Shown one piece after another: positions 8,352-18,048 of a DNA stretch of 44,943 bases. The stretch covers positions 1-44,943 of the forward strand of contig JANRLW010000035.1 in NCBI GenBank assembly GCA_033762295.1, in the 5' to 3' direction. The notes beneath the pieces were generated by a model. The model ran no database searches, was not told where the DNA came from, and saw only the letters and a program-made list of their open reading frames with translations. This stretch comes from Capsulimonadales bacterium. GTDB taxonomy: Bacteria; Armatimonadota; Armatimonadia; Armatimonadales; Armatimonadaceae. How positions within the stretch are numbered: position 1 is the first letter of the stretch; each line of letters opens with the position of its first letter. Made by a program: the position numbers and the translations under genes.

Positions 8352-8410
8352 AGGGTATACGGGTCCGAAAACGGCGAGTTTCCTCTCGTCGTCCGCGATA
8401 TCCTTCGGTC

Positions 8411-9844
8411 ATGGAACTGACGTCCGATGCCTGTTACCAGGCGTTACAAACCCATGATCGACGCTTCGACGGGGTGTTTTTCGTCGGGGTGGCGACCACC
8501 GGTATCTACTGCCGTCCGGTCTGCCCGGCACGCACCCCGCTTCGGAGGAACTGCCGGTTCTTCGACAACGCGGCGGCGGCGGAAAAGGCCGGGTTTCGTC
8601 CCTGTCTGCGCTGTCGCCCCGAACTCGCGCCCGGCCGGGCGACCGTCGATGCCGGACGCCGCCTCGCGGAACGAATCGCCGGACACATCGAGGACGGTGC
8701 GCTGTCAAACGGCGATACCGCTGCCCTGGCCGCGGCCGTCGGGATCGGCGCACGCCACCTGCGGCGGGTCATTCAGGACGCCTACGGCGTCGCCCCGGTC
8801 GAACTGGCCCAGACCCACCGCTTGCTTCTCGCCAAACGCCTGCTCACCGACACCGACCTGCCGGTCACCGAGGTCGCCTTCGCCAGCGGGTTTCGCAGTC
8901 TGCGCCGGTTCAACGCCCTGTTCCGGGAACGGTATCGCCTGAATCCGACCGAACTGCGGCGACAGCGAGGAACCGACCGGCCCGAGACACTCACCTGCGA
9001 ACTGCGTTACCTGCCCCCGTTCGACTGGCCGTTTCTGACCCGGTTCCTGGCCGGGCGGGCGTCGTGCGGCACCGAGGCGGTGGTCGACGGGCAGTATCGC
9101 CGCACCGTTCGCAGGGAGGGCCGGATCGGCTGGCTGACGGTCGACCCCGTGCCGGACCGCCCGGCGTTGCGGGTTACCCTTTCGACGTCGCTGGCCCCGG
9201 TCACTCTGCCCGTGCTGACCCGTGTCCGCCGTCTGTTCGACCTGCACGCCGACCCGGATCGCATCGTGGCCCACCTCGGCGCGATCGCCGACGCCTCACC
9301 CGGTCTGCGTGTCCCCGGCGCGTTCGACGGCTTCGAGATGGCCGTCCGGGCGATTCTGGGCCAGCAGGTGAGTGTCCGGGCGGCGTCCACCCTTTCCGGG
9401 CGATTCGCCCGCGCGTTCGGCGAGGAGATCGTGACCCCCTACCCGGAACTGACACACCTGTTTCCGACGCCGGAAACGGTGGCCGGGTTGTGTGTCGACG
9501 ACATCGCGCGTCTCGGCATCTTCGCCTCGCGCGCGACAACCCTCCTTGCCCTGGCCCGCGCCGTCACCGGGGGCGTCGTCACACTGGAGCCGACCCCCGA
9601 TATCGAGCCGACCGTACGCCGTCTGCGGACGCTGCCCGGTATCGGGGAGTGGACCGCCGAATATATTGCCCTGCGTGCTCTGTGCTGGCCGGATGCCTTT
9701 CCGCACGGCGACCTGGGCATTCAACGAGCCCTCGGTGAAACGAAAAAAGAGCGTCTGCTGGAAAGGGCGGACGCCTGGCGGCCCTTCCGTTCCTATGCCG
9801 TGCTGCACCTGTGGAAAAGCCTGGAGGAGAACGAAACGAAATGA
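8411..9844 (+). CDS. alkA: Ada Zn-binding/AraC HTH fused to AlkA DNA-3-methyladenine glycosylase
   Basis: TGIYCRPVC and FRPCLRCRP (Ada-Zn), AraC HTH, ILGQQVS, HhH motif LPGIGEWTA. Confidence 0.95.
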   Translation: MELTSDACYQALQTHDRRFDGVFFVGVATTGIYCRPVCPARTPLRRNCRFFDNAAAAEKAGFRPCLRCRPELAPGRATVDAGRRLAERIAGHIEDGALSNGDTAALAAAVGIGARHLRRVIQDAYGVAPVELAQTHRLLLAKRLLTDTDLPVTEVAFASGFRSLRRFNALFRERYRLNPTELRRQRGTDRPETLTCELRYLPPFDWPFLTRFLAGRASCGTEAVVDGQYRRTVRREGRIGWLTVDPVPDRPALRVTLSTSLAPVTLPVLTRVRRLFDLHADPDRIVAHLGAIADASPGLRVPGAFDGFEMAVRAILGQQVSVRAASTLSGRFARAFGEEIVTPYPELTHLFPTPETVAGLCVDDIARLGIFASRATTLLALARAVTGGVVTLEPTPDIEPTVRRLRTLPGIGEWTAEYIALRALCWPDAFPHGDLGIQRALGETKKERLLERADAWRPFRSYAVLHLWKSLEENETK

Positions 9845-10344
9845 CGACCTTCTACGCGTATACCGAAAGCCCGATCGGACGACTGCTGCTCACCGCCGAC
9901 GAAGAGGCCCTGACCGGACTGTATATGAACGACTCTGCTACCGCCCTGAGGACCGCGCCGGACGCCGTCGAGCGGGATGACCATCCGATTCTGGCGGAGG
10001 CGAGACGGCAGATCGCGGAATACTTCACCGGATCGCGCCGGACCTTCGACCTGCCACTGAGAACCGAGGGCACCCCGTTTCAGCGGCGCGTCTGGGAGGA
10101 ATTGAAGGCCATTCCGTACGGGGAGACGATCTCCTACGGCGAACTGGCGCGACGGATCGGTGATCCGAACGCCTCCCGCGCGGTCGGCATGGCGAACGGC
10201 CGCAATCCGATCTCGATTATCGTCCCGTGCCATCGGGTCATCGGCGCGAATCAACGGTTGACCGGTTACGGCGGGGGACTGGAACGCAAGGCCACCCTTC
10301 TCACTCTGGAATCGGGTCAGTGCGCAATGCCCTCATCGATGTAG
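9841..10344 (+). CDS. ogt: Methylated-DNA--protein-cysteine methyltransferase
   Basis: GTPFQRRVW, RAVG and active-site PCHRV. ATGA overlap with alkA; GGAGGAG RBS. Confidence 0.95.
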   Translation: MTTFYAYTESPIGRLLLTADEEALTGLYMNDSATALRTAPDAVERDDHPILAEARRQIAEYFTGSRRTFDLPLRTEGTPFQRRVWEELKAIPYGETISYGELARRIGDPNASRAVGMANGRNPISIIVPCHRVIGANQRLTGYGGGLERKATLLTLESGQCAMPSSM

Positions 10345-12263
10345 TTCCTGGAGTGCCCCAGTTCCTCGGGGGCGTGAAGACGCAGCATCTTCAGATCGAT
10401 ATCCGTCGGCACCTGCGACCGGGTCGCGGCGGAGACGACGAACATCAGGACGAGGGCCAGCGGCACGCCCCAGATTGCCGGCTGTTCGAGCAGTCCCTTG
10501 ACCAGCGGATCGACCGGGAAGGTGAGTACCTTCTTGTCGATCAGCATGAAAGTGATAATCGCGCCGAGGGAGGCGGTACCGCCGATCAGCATTCCGGCCG
10601 CCGCTCCGGGCATCGTCAATCCGCGCCACCAGGCACCGAGCAGGAGCAGCGGGAAGTAGCTTGCGGCGGCGATGGCGAACGCCCAGCCGACGAGCAGGGC
10701 GATATCGAACGTTTCGACCAGAAGACCGAGCCCCATGGACGCGACGCCGACCACGATTGCGGCCACCTTGAAAGCGTTCAGCCGCTCGTTCGGGGTCGCC
10801 GAGGGCTTCAGGATCTTTCCGTAGATATCATGGGCGAACGCGCCCGACATCGACACCAGCAGGCCGGAGAAGGTGGACATGAACGCGGCGAACGCGCCCG
10901 CCGCCGTAATTCCGGACAGCACCTGGCCAAGAACCTTATTCTCCAGCATCTTTGGCAGGGCGATTACCACGGCGTCGGTTTTGTTATTCGCGAGCAGTTC
11001 GGGAATATGGTTGCGCCCCAGCGTTCCCCAGATCGGCGTGAACAGATAGAACGCCCCGATCAGCACCATGACCAGGAGAGTGGTCCGTTTCGCCGCGCGT
11101 CCGTCCGGATTGGTATAAAACCGGACGAGGATATGGGGCAGACCGGCGGTTCCGCAAACCAGAGCGATAATCAGCGAATAGGTGTAGAGCAACGGATACC
11201 CGTATTTCGAGGTCAGGGTACCGTAGGGTTCGATCCACTTGCCGTTGTTCTGCGCATTGGGAATCCGGTCCCCCTGTCGGAAGGCGACCTCGGTCGGCGC
11301 GGCAAACTCGATCCTGGGCGCGGTCGTCACCGGGTTTCCGCCCTTCTCGACCGGCATTCCGCCTTTCGTCACCGGAATCGAGGTCAGAGAAACGACCGTT
11401 CCCTCGTCGATCCTGCCCCGATCCGGAAGGTCGGGCGAGAAGATCGCCGGATCCTCCCCCGCTTCGGGTTTCCGGACGGTGGTAATCCTTTCGATCTCGC
11501 CGCCTTTTGGGAAGGTCAACCTTGTCTCGCCGATGGGCGACACGGACAGGACGTTTGACGGTGCCTTATCCTTGCCCGGATATTTGAGGGTGATGTCTCC
11601 GGCGAAGGTCGGCGCATCCTTCGGTTGCGCGGCAAGCCTGTCCAGGTTGGAATCGTAGCCGCCGAAGACCGCCATCAGGATAAAGACCGGGGCGGCAATG
11701 GCGAACGCCTTCATCCAGTATTGAAACGCCTGAACCAGCGTAATGCCTTTCATTCCGCCGACGGCAACGTTAAAGGTGATAACGCCGCCGACCACGACGA
11801 TCCCGACCCAGTACGGCCATCCCAGGATCGTATTCATGGTCACCCCCGCGCCCTTCATCTGCGGCATCGTGTAGAACAGGCCGATCGCGACGACATAGGA
11901 GACGGCAATCTTCCGGAAAAGCGGGGAATCGAAGCGACCCTCGGCGAAATCCGGGATCGTGTACGCGCCGAACCGGCGCAACGGTCCGGCGATAAAGAGC
12001 AACAGGAACAGATAGCCGACCGCGTAGCCGACCGGATACCAGAGAGCGTCGTAGCCGTGTTTCATGACGAGTCCGGCGACGCCCATGAACGAGGCGGCGG
12101 ACAGGTACTCCCCGGAGATCGCCGACGCGTTCATGAAGACGCTGACCTGCCGCCCGGCGACAAAGAAGTCCGAGGCCGACTTCGCCTTCGCGGTCGCCGC
12201 CATTCCCAGGCCGACGGTTGCCACAATCACCGCAAACACAAACAGAAGCGGGATAAACTCCAT
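10317..12263 (-). CDS. Sodium:solute symporter, cation/acetate (ActP-like)
   Basis: NASAISGEYLSAASFMG and GTAGLPHILVRFYT motifs; multiple TMs; adjacent to a DUF485 gene. Confidence 0.9.
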   Translation of the reverse strand: MEFIPLLFVFAVIVATVGLGMAATAKAKSASDFFVAGRQVSVFMNASAISGEYLSAASFMGVAGLVMKHGYDALWYPVGYAVGYLFLLLFIAGPLRRFGAYTIPDFAEGRFDSPLFRKIAVSYVVAIGLFYTMPQMKGAGVTMNTILGWPYWVGIVVVGGVITFNVAVGGMKGITLVQAFQYWMKAFAIAAPVFILMAVFGGYDSNLDRLAAQPKDAPTFAGDITLKYPGKDKAPSNVLSVSPIGETRLTFPKGGEIERITTVRKPEAGEDPAIFSPDLPDRGRIDEGTVVSLTSIPVTKGGMPVEKGGNPVTTAPRIEFAAPTEVAFRQGDRIPNAQNNGKWIEPYGTLTSKYGYPLLYTYSLIIALVCGTAGLPHILVRFYTNPDGRAAKRTTLLVMVLIGAFYLFTPIWGTLGRNHIPELLANNKTDAVVIALPKMLENKVLGQVLSGITAAGAFAAFMSTFSGLLVSMSGAFAHDIYGKILKPSATPNERLNAFKVAAIVVGVASMGLGLLVETFDIALLVGWAFAIAAASYFPLLLLGAWWRGLTMPGAAAGMLIGGTASLGAIITFMLIDKKVLTFPVDPLVKGLLEQPAIWGVPLALVLMFVVSAATRSQVPTDIDLKMLRLHAPEELGHSRNYIDEGIAH

Positions 12264-12266
12264 TCC

Positions 12267-12587
12267 TTACCCCTCCCGGTGTTCCGAAACGAGTTCGGAC
12301 TCGATTCGATCGGATTCCCGAATGAAATATCCTGAGAGGAACCAGGTCAGGGGATAGAAAAGGATGCCCAGCAGGAGCCAGGTCAGGGTGAATCCGCTCA
12401 GAATCGTGCCGGCAAGGTCCGGGAGGAGAAAATTAAACAGGGGCAGTCCGAGCAACAGGATCAGAAACACGACGGCGACACGAATGCTCAGTGCCACCTG
12501 TTTGCGCATGACCTCGTCGGCCAATCGTCGCTGTTCTTCGACGGTCAGGCCCGCCGTCAGTGCCTCCGGTTCGTTGGAAATACGCAT
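12267..12587 (-). CDS. DUF485 (YjcH-like) small membrane protein
   Basis: Two TMs; canonical position directly upstream of the ActP-like symporter. Confidence 0.8.
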   Translation of the reverse strand: MRISNEPEALTAGLTVEEQRRLADEVMRKQVALSIRVAVVFLILLLGLPLFNFLLPDLAGTILSGFTLTWLLLGILFYPLTWFLSGYFIRESDRIESELVSEHREG

Positions 12588-12787
12588 CGCCGCAATCCTG
12601 CTCCCTCTTCGGATGGTGAACGCCGCTTCAATTGGACAACACCGGTCCGGATTCCTTCCCGGACCCCGTTCCGTCGCGGGACGGTATCGCGTCGTGAACG
12701 GAGAGTCGGGACATGGTACGATCGTTTTCGGAGAACGTTCCCCCCGGCCATCCGTGGCGACCGCCCTTGTTACCGGAGTGAAGATCG

Positions 12788-13651
12788 ATGATGACGAACG
12801 AATCGACGTCCGAAAACGTCCTGAGCGACGAGCAGAAGCAAGATTTTATCGAGAAAGGCTACATCGTCCTGCGCGGCGCGTTCGACGGCGAGGAGGCGAA
12901 AGCCTGGGTCAATGACGAACTACGCCGGGCGGGGTACGATCCGGACGACGCCTCCACCTGGACGAAACCGTATCTGCGCCTGCCGACCGTCCGCCGGGAA
13001 TCGCTCGCGACATTCGCCCCCGCCGCCTGGGCCGCCTCCTGCGAACTGATGGGTGGCGAAGCGCGGGTGAAAAACCGGGCGGGCATCGGTCTGTTCGCCG
13101 TCAACCTCGGCGAGGGAGCGGATCGGCCGTTCGAACCCGCGTCTCCGCAGTCTCCCGGCTGGCATAAGGACGGGTGGCATTTTCGACATTTTCTCGACAG
13201 CCCGGACCAGGGCCTTCTCGGCATTCCTCTGCTGACCGATGTACTGCCGCAGGGCGGCGCGACCTTTATCGCCGAGGGTTCGGTCGCCCGTGTCGCCCGG
13301 TTTCTGGCCGACCATCCGGAGGGCGTCCTGCCGGACGGTTTCCCGGTGCGTGATCTGCTTTCCGCCGAGGTTATCTTCCATGAGGCGACCGGCGCGGCGG
13401 GCGACTTCTACCTGTGTCATCCGTATCTGCTCCATGCCGTCTCGCAAAACGTCCTGCGTCGGGTCCGGGCCATCAGCAATATCCTCTACGAACTGAACGA
13501 ACCGATGAACTTTGACCGGGCCGACGGCGACTACTCGCCGGTCGAGGAGGCGGTCCTGCACGGACTCGGCGTCGACCGCTACCCATTCGGGATTACCGGA
13601 GAGCGTTATCGCACACCGGACTACGGCCCCATCAACGCCAAGTACCGGTAA
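12788..13651 (+). CDS. Phytanoyl-CoA dioxygenase family (2OG-Fe(II)) protein
   Basis: LSDEQKQDFIEKGYIVL, WHKD (HxD) and distal HPYLLH. Confidence 0.8.
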   Translation: MMTNESTSENVLSDEQKQDFIEKGYIVLRGAFDGEEAKAWVNDELRRAGYDPDDASTWTKPYLRLPTVRRESLATFAPAAWAASCELMGGEARVKNRAGIGLFAVNLGEGADRPFEPASPQSPGWHKDGWHFRHFLDSPDQGLLGIPLLTDVLPQGGATFIAEGSVARVARFLADHPEGVLPDGFPVRDLLSAEVIFHEATGAAGDFYLCHPYLLHAVSQNVLRRVRAISNILYELNEPMNFDRADGDYSPVEEAVLHGLGVDRYPFGITGERYRTPDYGPINAKYR

Positions 13652-13701
13652 AATACGAACCGGCAGAAGGAATCAGGCGGATAGCTGACGAATCCCCCTC
13701 C

Positions 13702-15021
13702 ATGAAACGGACACTTCCGGTTCTGATCGCGCTCTCCCTGTTCCTGAACACCGGCTGCCACTTCGAAAAGGAAACAGGGCGCAACCATGTCACCCTCGAG
13801 GTCGCCGTCTTCGAGGGTGGGTTCGGTATCGACTGGCACAAAGACGTCGCCCGCCAGTACGAGGCGTTGCATCCCGACATCAAGATCAACCTCTGGGGCG
13901 ACCCGCGCGTCGATGAGAAGATCAAGCCGCGTATTCTTCGGGGTGACCCGCCCGATCTGGCGTCGTGCAACGTTCCGATCTGGAAGCTGATTGTTGCCGG
14001 AAAGCTCTACCCGCTCGACGACGCTCTCGATTCGCCCGCCTACGGGCAGGACATTTCCTGGCGGCAGTCCCTGATCCCCGGTATTCTGAACGATTCCCGG
14101 TACAAGGGCAAGACGTACGCGATGCCGACCAACCTGGGTAGCTGGGTGTGCTGGTACAACAAAAAACAGTTCCGGGACAATGGCTGGACCCCGCCGACGA
14201 CCTGGGCGGAGTTCATGGCCCTCTGTGAAAAGATCAAAGCATCCGGAACCGCTCCCCTCGCCTTCCAGGGGAAATATCCCACCTACGCCTGGGCGGTTCT
14301 TCTCAGCATCTACCAGCGGCGGGTGCCGTTCGAGAAATGGTACGAGATGCAGGACCTCAAACCCGGCGCGTTCCAGGACCCGGAGTTCATCGAAGCCGCC
14401 CGCATGATGCAGGAGATGGCGACGAAATACTATCAGCCGGGCGCGTTGGCCATGACCCATACCGAATCCCAGCTGGAATGGGTGAACGGACGCGCCGCGA
14501 TGGTCTTCTGCGGACTCTGGCTCAAAAATGAAATGAAGAAGGCGCTGCCGCCCGATTTCGAAATGGCCTGCTTCCCGGTCCCTCCGGTCGAAGCCGGCAA
14601 AGGCGACCCGAACGCCATCTATGCGGGGGGTGGCGAGAACTTTTTCGTCTTTGCCCAGGCAAAGCATCCGAAAGAGGCGGCGGACTTCCTGAAATACCTG
14701 ACGAGCATGGAACCGGCGCACTCCTACATCCTGAAACTCGATACGCTGTCGCCGGTCAAGGACAGTGTCAAGGGTCTGAAAATCTCTCCCGAACTGCAGA
14801 GCGCGGTCGATATCATGGATCGCAGTTCGCGCATCTTCAGCGATAAGCTGGGCGGTCTCTACCCGGAGTTCAACAAGGGGGTGGTCCAGGATAACCTGGC
14901 GGCTCTGGTGTCGGGGAAATGCACGCCGGAGGAGTTCGGGCAGCGTCTGGAAACGGCCGCCGAACAGCTGCGGCGCGACCCCGAAATCTACAAGCCGCCG
15001 GCGATGGGGGTGCCGAAGTGA
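13702..15021 (+). CDS. Carbohydrate ABC transporter substrate-binding lipoprotein (NgcE-like)
   Basis: Lipobox NTG-C; LEVAVFEGGFG, WYNKK, PTTWAEF and MTHTESQ, resembling GlcNAc/chitobiose-binding proteins. Confidence 0.88.
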   Translation: MKRTLPVLIALSLFLNTGCHFEKETGRNHVTLEVAVFEGGFGIDWHKDVARQYEALHPDIKINLWGDPRVDEKIKPRILRGDPPDLASCNVPIWKLIVAGKLYPLDDALDSPAYGQDISWRQSLIPGILNDSRYKGKTYAMPTNLGSWVCWYNKKQFRDNGWTPPTTWAEFMALCEKIKASGTAPLAFQGKYPTYAWAVLLSIYQRRVPFEKWYEMQDLKPGAFQDPEFIEAARMMQEMATKYYQPGALAMTHTESQLEWVNGRAAMVFCGLWLKNEMKKALPPDFEMACFPVPPVEAGKGDPNAIYAGGGENFFVFAQAKHPKEAADFLKYLTSMEPAHSYILKLDTLSPVKDSVKGLKISPELQSAVDIMDRSSRIFSDKLGGLYPEFNKGVVQDNLAALVSGKCTPEEFGQRLETAAEQLRRDPEIYKPPAMGVPK

Positions 15022-15899
15022 AACGCAAAGAGCAGCGGAACCTGATCCTGACCTTTCTTACCCCGGCCCTCGCCCTCTATTCGCTCTTCGTACTGTTGCC
15101 GACCGTGAACGCTTTCCGATACAGCCTCACCCGCTGGGACGGACTGAGCGATCCGGTGTGGGTCGGGCTTGCCAACTTCGGCCGCATTCTCAACCCTAAA
15201 TCGCCGTTTCTCACCGCCCTGGGTCACAACGCCTTTCTGATGTTCGCGCCGGGTGTGATCATTCTTACGCTCGCTCTTTTCTTCGCCTATCAGATCCATC
15301 AGCGGGTCCGGGGAGCGCGATTGTTCCGGGTGACGTTTTTCTTCCCCAACGTCATCAGTTCCGTCGCCATTTCAATCCTTTGGGTCCTGATTTACAGCAC
15401 GTCGGCGGCCGGATTGCTCAATAACCTGCTGAAAACCTTCTTCAACGTCAAGGAAGCGATCCCGTTTACGGAAAGCAGTCACCTGCTCTGGGCGATCGTT
15501 CCGATGATCGTCTGGAGCGCGACCGGCTTCTACATGGTGCTGTTTCTGGCCGCGATGGAGAATATTCCGGAGTCGTTCTACGAATCGGCGCGGCTGGACG
15601 GAGCGACCAACTTCGTGCTCTTCCGCCATATCACGCTGCCGCTGATGTGGGATGTTCTGACCACCGGCATCATCTTCCTGATCATCGGCGGTCTGAAAAT
15701 CTTCGACAGCATCTGGGTCATGGAGAACGGTCGCCCGTCGACATCGACGCACACGCTCTCCACCCTGATGTACTCGAAAGTGTTCGAGGAGTACAACATC
15801 GGGTACGGCACGGCGATCGCCGTTCTTCTCTTTCTTCTGGTCATGGCGGCCACCCTGGTCAGCCGTCGTCTGCTGCAGCGAGAAAGGCTGGAGTATTGA
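15018..15899 (+). CDS. Carbohydrate ABC transporter permease
   Basis: GTGA overlap with the binding-protein gene; EAA-like motif IPESFYESARLDGA. Confidence 0.92.
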   Translation: MKRKEQRNLILTFLTPALALYSLFVLLPTVNAFRYSLTRWDGLSDPVWVGLANFGRILNPKSPFLTALGHNAFLMFAPGVIILTLALFFAYQIHQRVRGARLFRVTFFFPNVISSVAISILWVLIYSTSAAGLLNNLLKTFFNVKEAIPFTESSHLLWAIVPMIVWSATGFYMVLFLAAMENIPESFYESARLDGATNFVLFRHITLPLMWDVLTTGIIFLIIGGLKIFDSIWVMENGRPSTSTHTLSTLMYSKVFEEYNIGYGTAIAVLLFLLVMAATLVSRRLLQRERLEY

Positions 15900-16819
15900 A
15901 ACCGCTCGGAAACGCCCTCAAATACGGACTGCTCGTTCTGTACCTTCTCGCCGTCATCTACCCGATGTTCTGGGTGTTCTATACGAGCGCGAAAAGTACG
16001 CAGGAGTTTTATAAGAATCCCATCGGTCTGCCGCAGGTGTTCACCGCTCCGAACGCCGACGTGGCGCGCGCGGCGATCGACAACTACGAGAAGGCCTGGA
16101 TCGGCAGCAAGTTCAGCGGGTACTTCATCAACAGCCTGATCGTCGTCAGCATCAGCCTGACACTGATCATCCTTCTGGGCAGCATGGCGGCGTACGTGCT
16201 GGCGCGGTTTGAGTTTCGCGGTCGGAACCTGATCTACATTCTGTTTCTGAGCGGGCTGCTCATCCCGATGCAGTTGATTCTGATCCCGCTCTTTTTTCAG
16301 TTCTCCGACATCGGCGAGACGCTGACGCGGGTTTTCGCCCCCCCGGCGCGGTCGATGGGACTGGGCAACCTGACGGTTTCCCTGCACAACTCCCATATCG
16401 GCCTGATCCTGATCTACGTGGCGGCGAGCCTTCCGTTCACGGTGTTCACCCTGACCGCCTTCTTCCGGACCTTGCCGGGGGAGTTGCGCGAGGCGGCGAT
16501 GATGGACGGGGCGAGCGAATACCGGACGTTCTTTCAGGTGATGATGCCGGTCGCCCGCGCCGGTCTGGTGACGGTGACGATCTTCAACTTCCTCGGTCTC
16601 TGGAACGAGTATCTGTTCGGCCTGGTGTTTCTGAGCGACGACCGTCTGAAGACGCTTCCCCTCGGACTGGCGAGTATCAGCATGCAGGCGCAATACAAAA
16701 GCGACTTCGGTCTGCTGTTCGCCGGTCTGGTTATCGCCATGCTCCCGACCCTGATCGTCTACATCTTTCTTCAGGAGCAACTCACCAAAGGCATCACCAC
16801 CGGAGCCGTCAAAGGCTAA
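15896..16819 (+). CDS. Carbohydrate ABC transporter permease
   Basis: TTGA overlap start; LPGELREAAMMDGA and WNEY motifs. Confidence 0.92.
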   Translation: MKPLGNALKYGLLVLYLLAVIYPMFWVFYTSAKSTQEFYKNPIGLPQVFTAPNADVARAAIDNYEKAWIGSKFSGYFINSLIVVSISLTLIILLGSMAAYVLARFEFRGRNLIYILFLSGLLIPMQLILIPLFFQFSDIGETLTRVFAPPARSMGLGNLTVSLHNSHIGLILIYVAASLPFTVFTLTAFFRTLPGELREAAMMDGASEYRTFFQVMMPVARAGLVTVTIFNFLGLWNEYLFGLVFLSDDRLKTLPLGLASISMQAQYKSDFGLLFAGLVIAMLPTLIVYIFLQEQLTKGITTGAVKG

Positions 16820-16913
16820 TCCTTTTTATCCTCGAAGCCTGTTCGTCGTCCAGCCGTGCCAAAAAGCGCTCCACCACTTGGCGTTCCTCCTCGGTCATGT
16901 TGCGCCAACGCTC

Positions 16914-17056
16914 TCCTACCGGACTCTGCCCGGAGGCGGCATCGAGAGAAATGAAACACCTGCCCAAGCCGCTGTCCGCGAGATGTGGGAGGAAACCGGC
17001 GTGCGTGTTCGTGTCCTGCGCCTGCTTTGGGTGGGAGTGTATGGAGGTGATGTCTG
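16914..17056 (+). pseudogene. NUDIX hydrolase fragment
   Basis: Own translation, SYRTLPGGGIERNETPAQAAVREMWEETGVRVRVLRLL, is a complete Nudix box GX5EX7REUXEEXGU. There is no good start and an early stop at 17054-17056. Confidence 0.75.
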
Positions 17057-17085
17057 ACGAGTTATCGGGTGCATTGAACGGGGAC

Positions 17086-17175
17086 GCAACCCCGACTATG
17101 GAGAAAAAGAAATGCCCCAAGCACGGTGACCGCAAGCGCCGGGAGGCGAACTTCGAATGTACCTGCCGAAACGGA
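17086..17175 (+). pseudogene. Decayed, internally deleted duplicate of the 5' end of the dehydrogenase gene at 18049
   Basis: 17094-17118 is identical to 18031-18055 (25 bp); 17115-17126 is identical to 18156-18167; 17128-17175 aligns with 18202-18251 with a few mismatches. Confidence 0.85.
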
Positions 17176-17234
17176 TGGAAGCCTTTCCAAGGTTTTCGTG
17201 GTTAAGCCATTGGTCGTGCTAAAATGAGAACGGA

Positions 17235-17657
17235 ATGGCGGCGAGGGATATTTTTCATGACCCGTTCGTCCGGTCTCTGACAAAGGCAGGCTGGACGATT
17301 ACTCATGACCCGCTGACGCTGGTCATCGGAAAACGCGACCTTCTGATCGATATCGGTGCGGAACGTATCGTCGGAGCGGAACGGAACGGTGAGCGAATCG
17401 CGGTCGAAATCAAGAGTTTTCTCAATCCCTCTCCCGTTCAGGATTTGAAAGAGGCGTTGGGCCAATTCATCCTGTATTCGGATATCCTGGCGCAAGACCA
17501 CACGGAATCGGATCGTATTCTCTTTCTCGCCATTCGCGAAACCTCCTACGAAGAGATTTTTGAGGAGCCCATCGGCGAGGTTTTACTGGCCAACCACCGG
17601 CTTCGTCTGATTCTGTTCGACGAAATCCGCGAGGAGATAACGCGATGGATAAATTAG
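17235..17657 (+). CDS. xisH: XisH family protein (fdxN-element excision controlling factor)
   Basis: MAARDIFH...GWTITHDPL...DIGAE...IAVEIKSF...ALGQFILY...LFLAI, the typical XisH pattern. Confidence 0.93.
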   Translation: MAARDIFHDPFVRSLTKAGWTITHDPLTLVIGKRDLLIDIGAERIVGAERNGERIAVEIKSFLNPSPVQDLKEALGQFILYSDILAQDHTESDRILFLAIRETSYEEIFEEPIGEVLLANHRLRLILFDEIREEITRWIN

Positions 17658-17983
17658 CGCATTACCGGGAAATCATTCGACAGGTCCTGACTCCGCTAAC
17701 GGCGCGCCGTTATGCGAATGCCGATCTGACCAATGAGGCCGTGTTCGATGAATCCCATGACCGTTACCTGATTATGTCCGTGGGGTGGCAGGGACGTACC
17801 CGTCGAATGCATGGTTGCCTCATCCACCTCGATATCATCGAGGGCAAGATCTGGATACAACGGGATGGAACCGAAGACGGAATCGCCTACGATCTGGAGG
17901 CGGCGGGCGTCCCCAAAAGCGACATCGTTCTTGCCTTCCACCCACCGGATGTCCGACAGCATACCGGCTACGCGGTCGCGTGA
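17645..17983 (+). CDS. xisI: XisI family protein
   Basis: MDKL..YR...D..HDRY...GW...HGCLIHLDI..GKIWIQ.DGTEDGIA..L...GVPK.DIVLAFHPP..R..TGYA. Confidence 0.95.
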   Translation: MDKLAHYREIIRQVLTPLTARRYANADLTNEAVFDESHDRYLIMSVGWQGRTRRMHGCLIHLDIIEGKIWIQRDGTEDGIAYDLEAAGVPKSDIVLAFHPPDVRQHTGYAVA

Positions 17984-18048
17984 TGGTGCAGGGGTTCTCC
18001 TCCGGGAAACGGAACGTTATGGCAACGACGGACTATGGAGAAAAAGAA

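Noticed and set aside
10317..10344. 28-bp convergent overlap of ogt and the symporter gene
   Set aside because: Short tail-to-tail overlaps are common and there is no sign of function.
17235..17983. Complete fdxN-type excision element or IS
   Set aside because: No recombinase or transposase and no terminal inverted repeats. Only the xisHI pair and the flanking duplication are supported.
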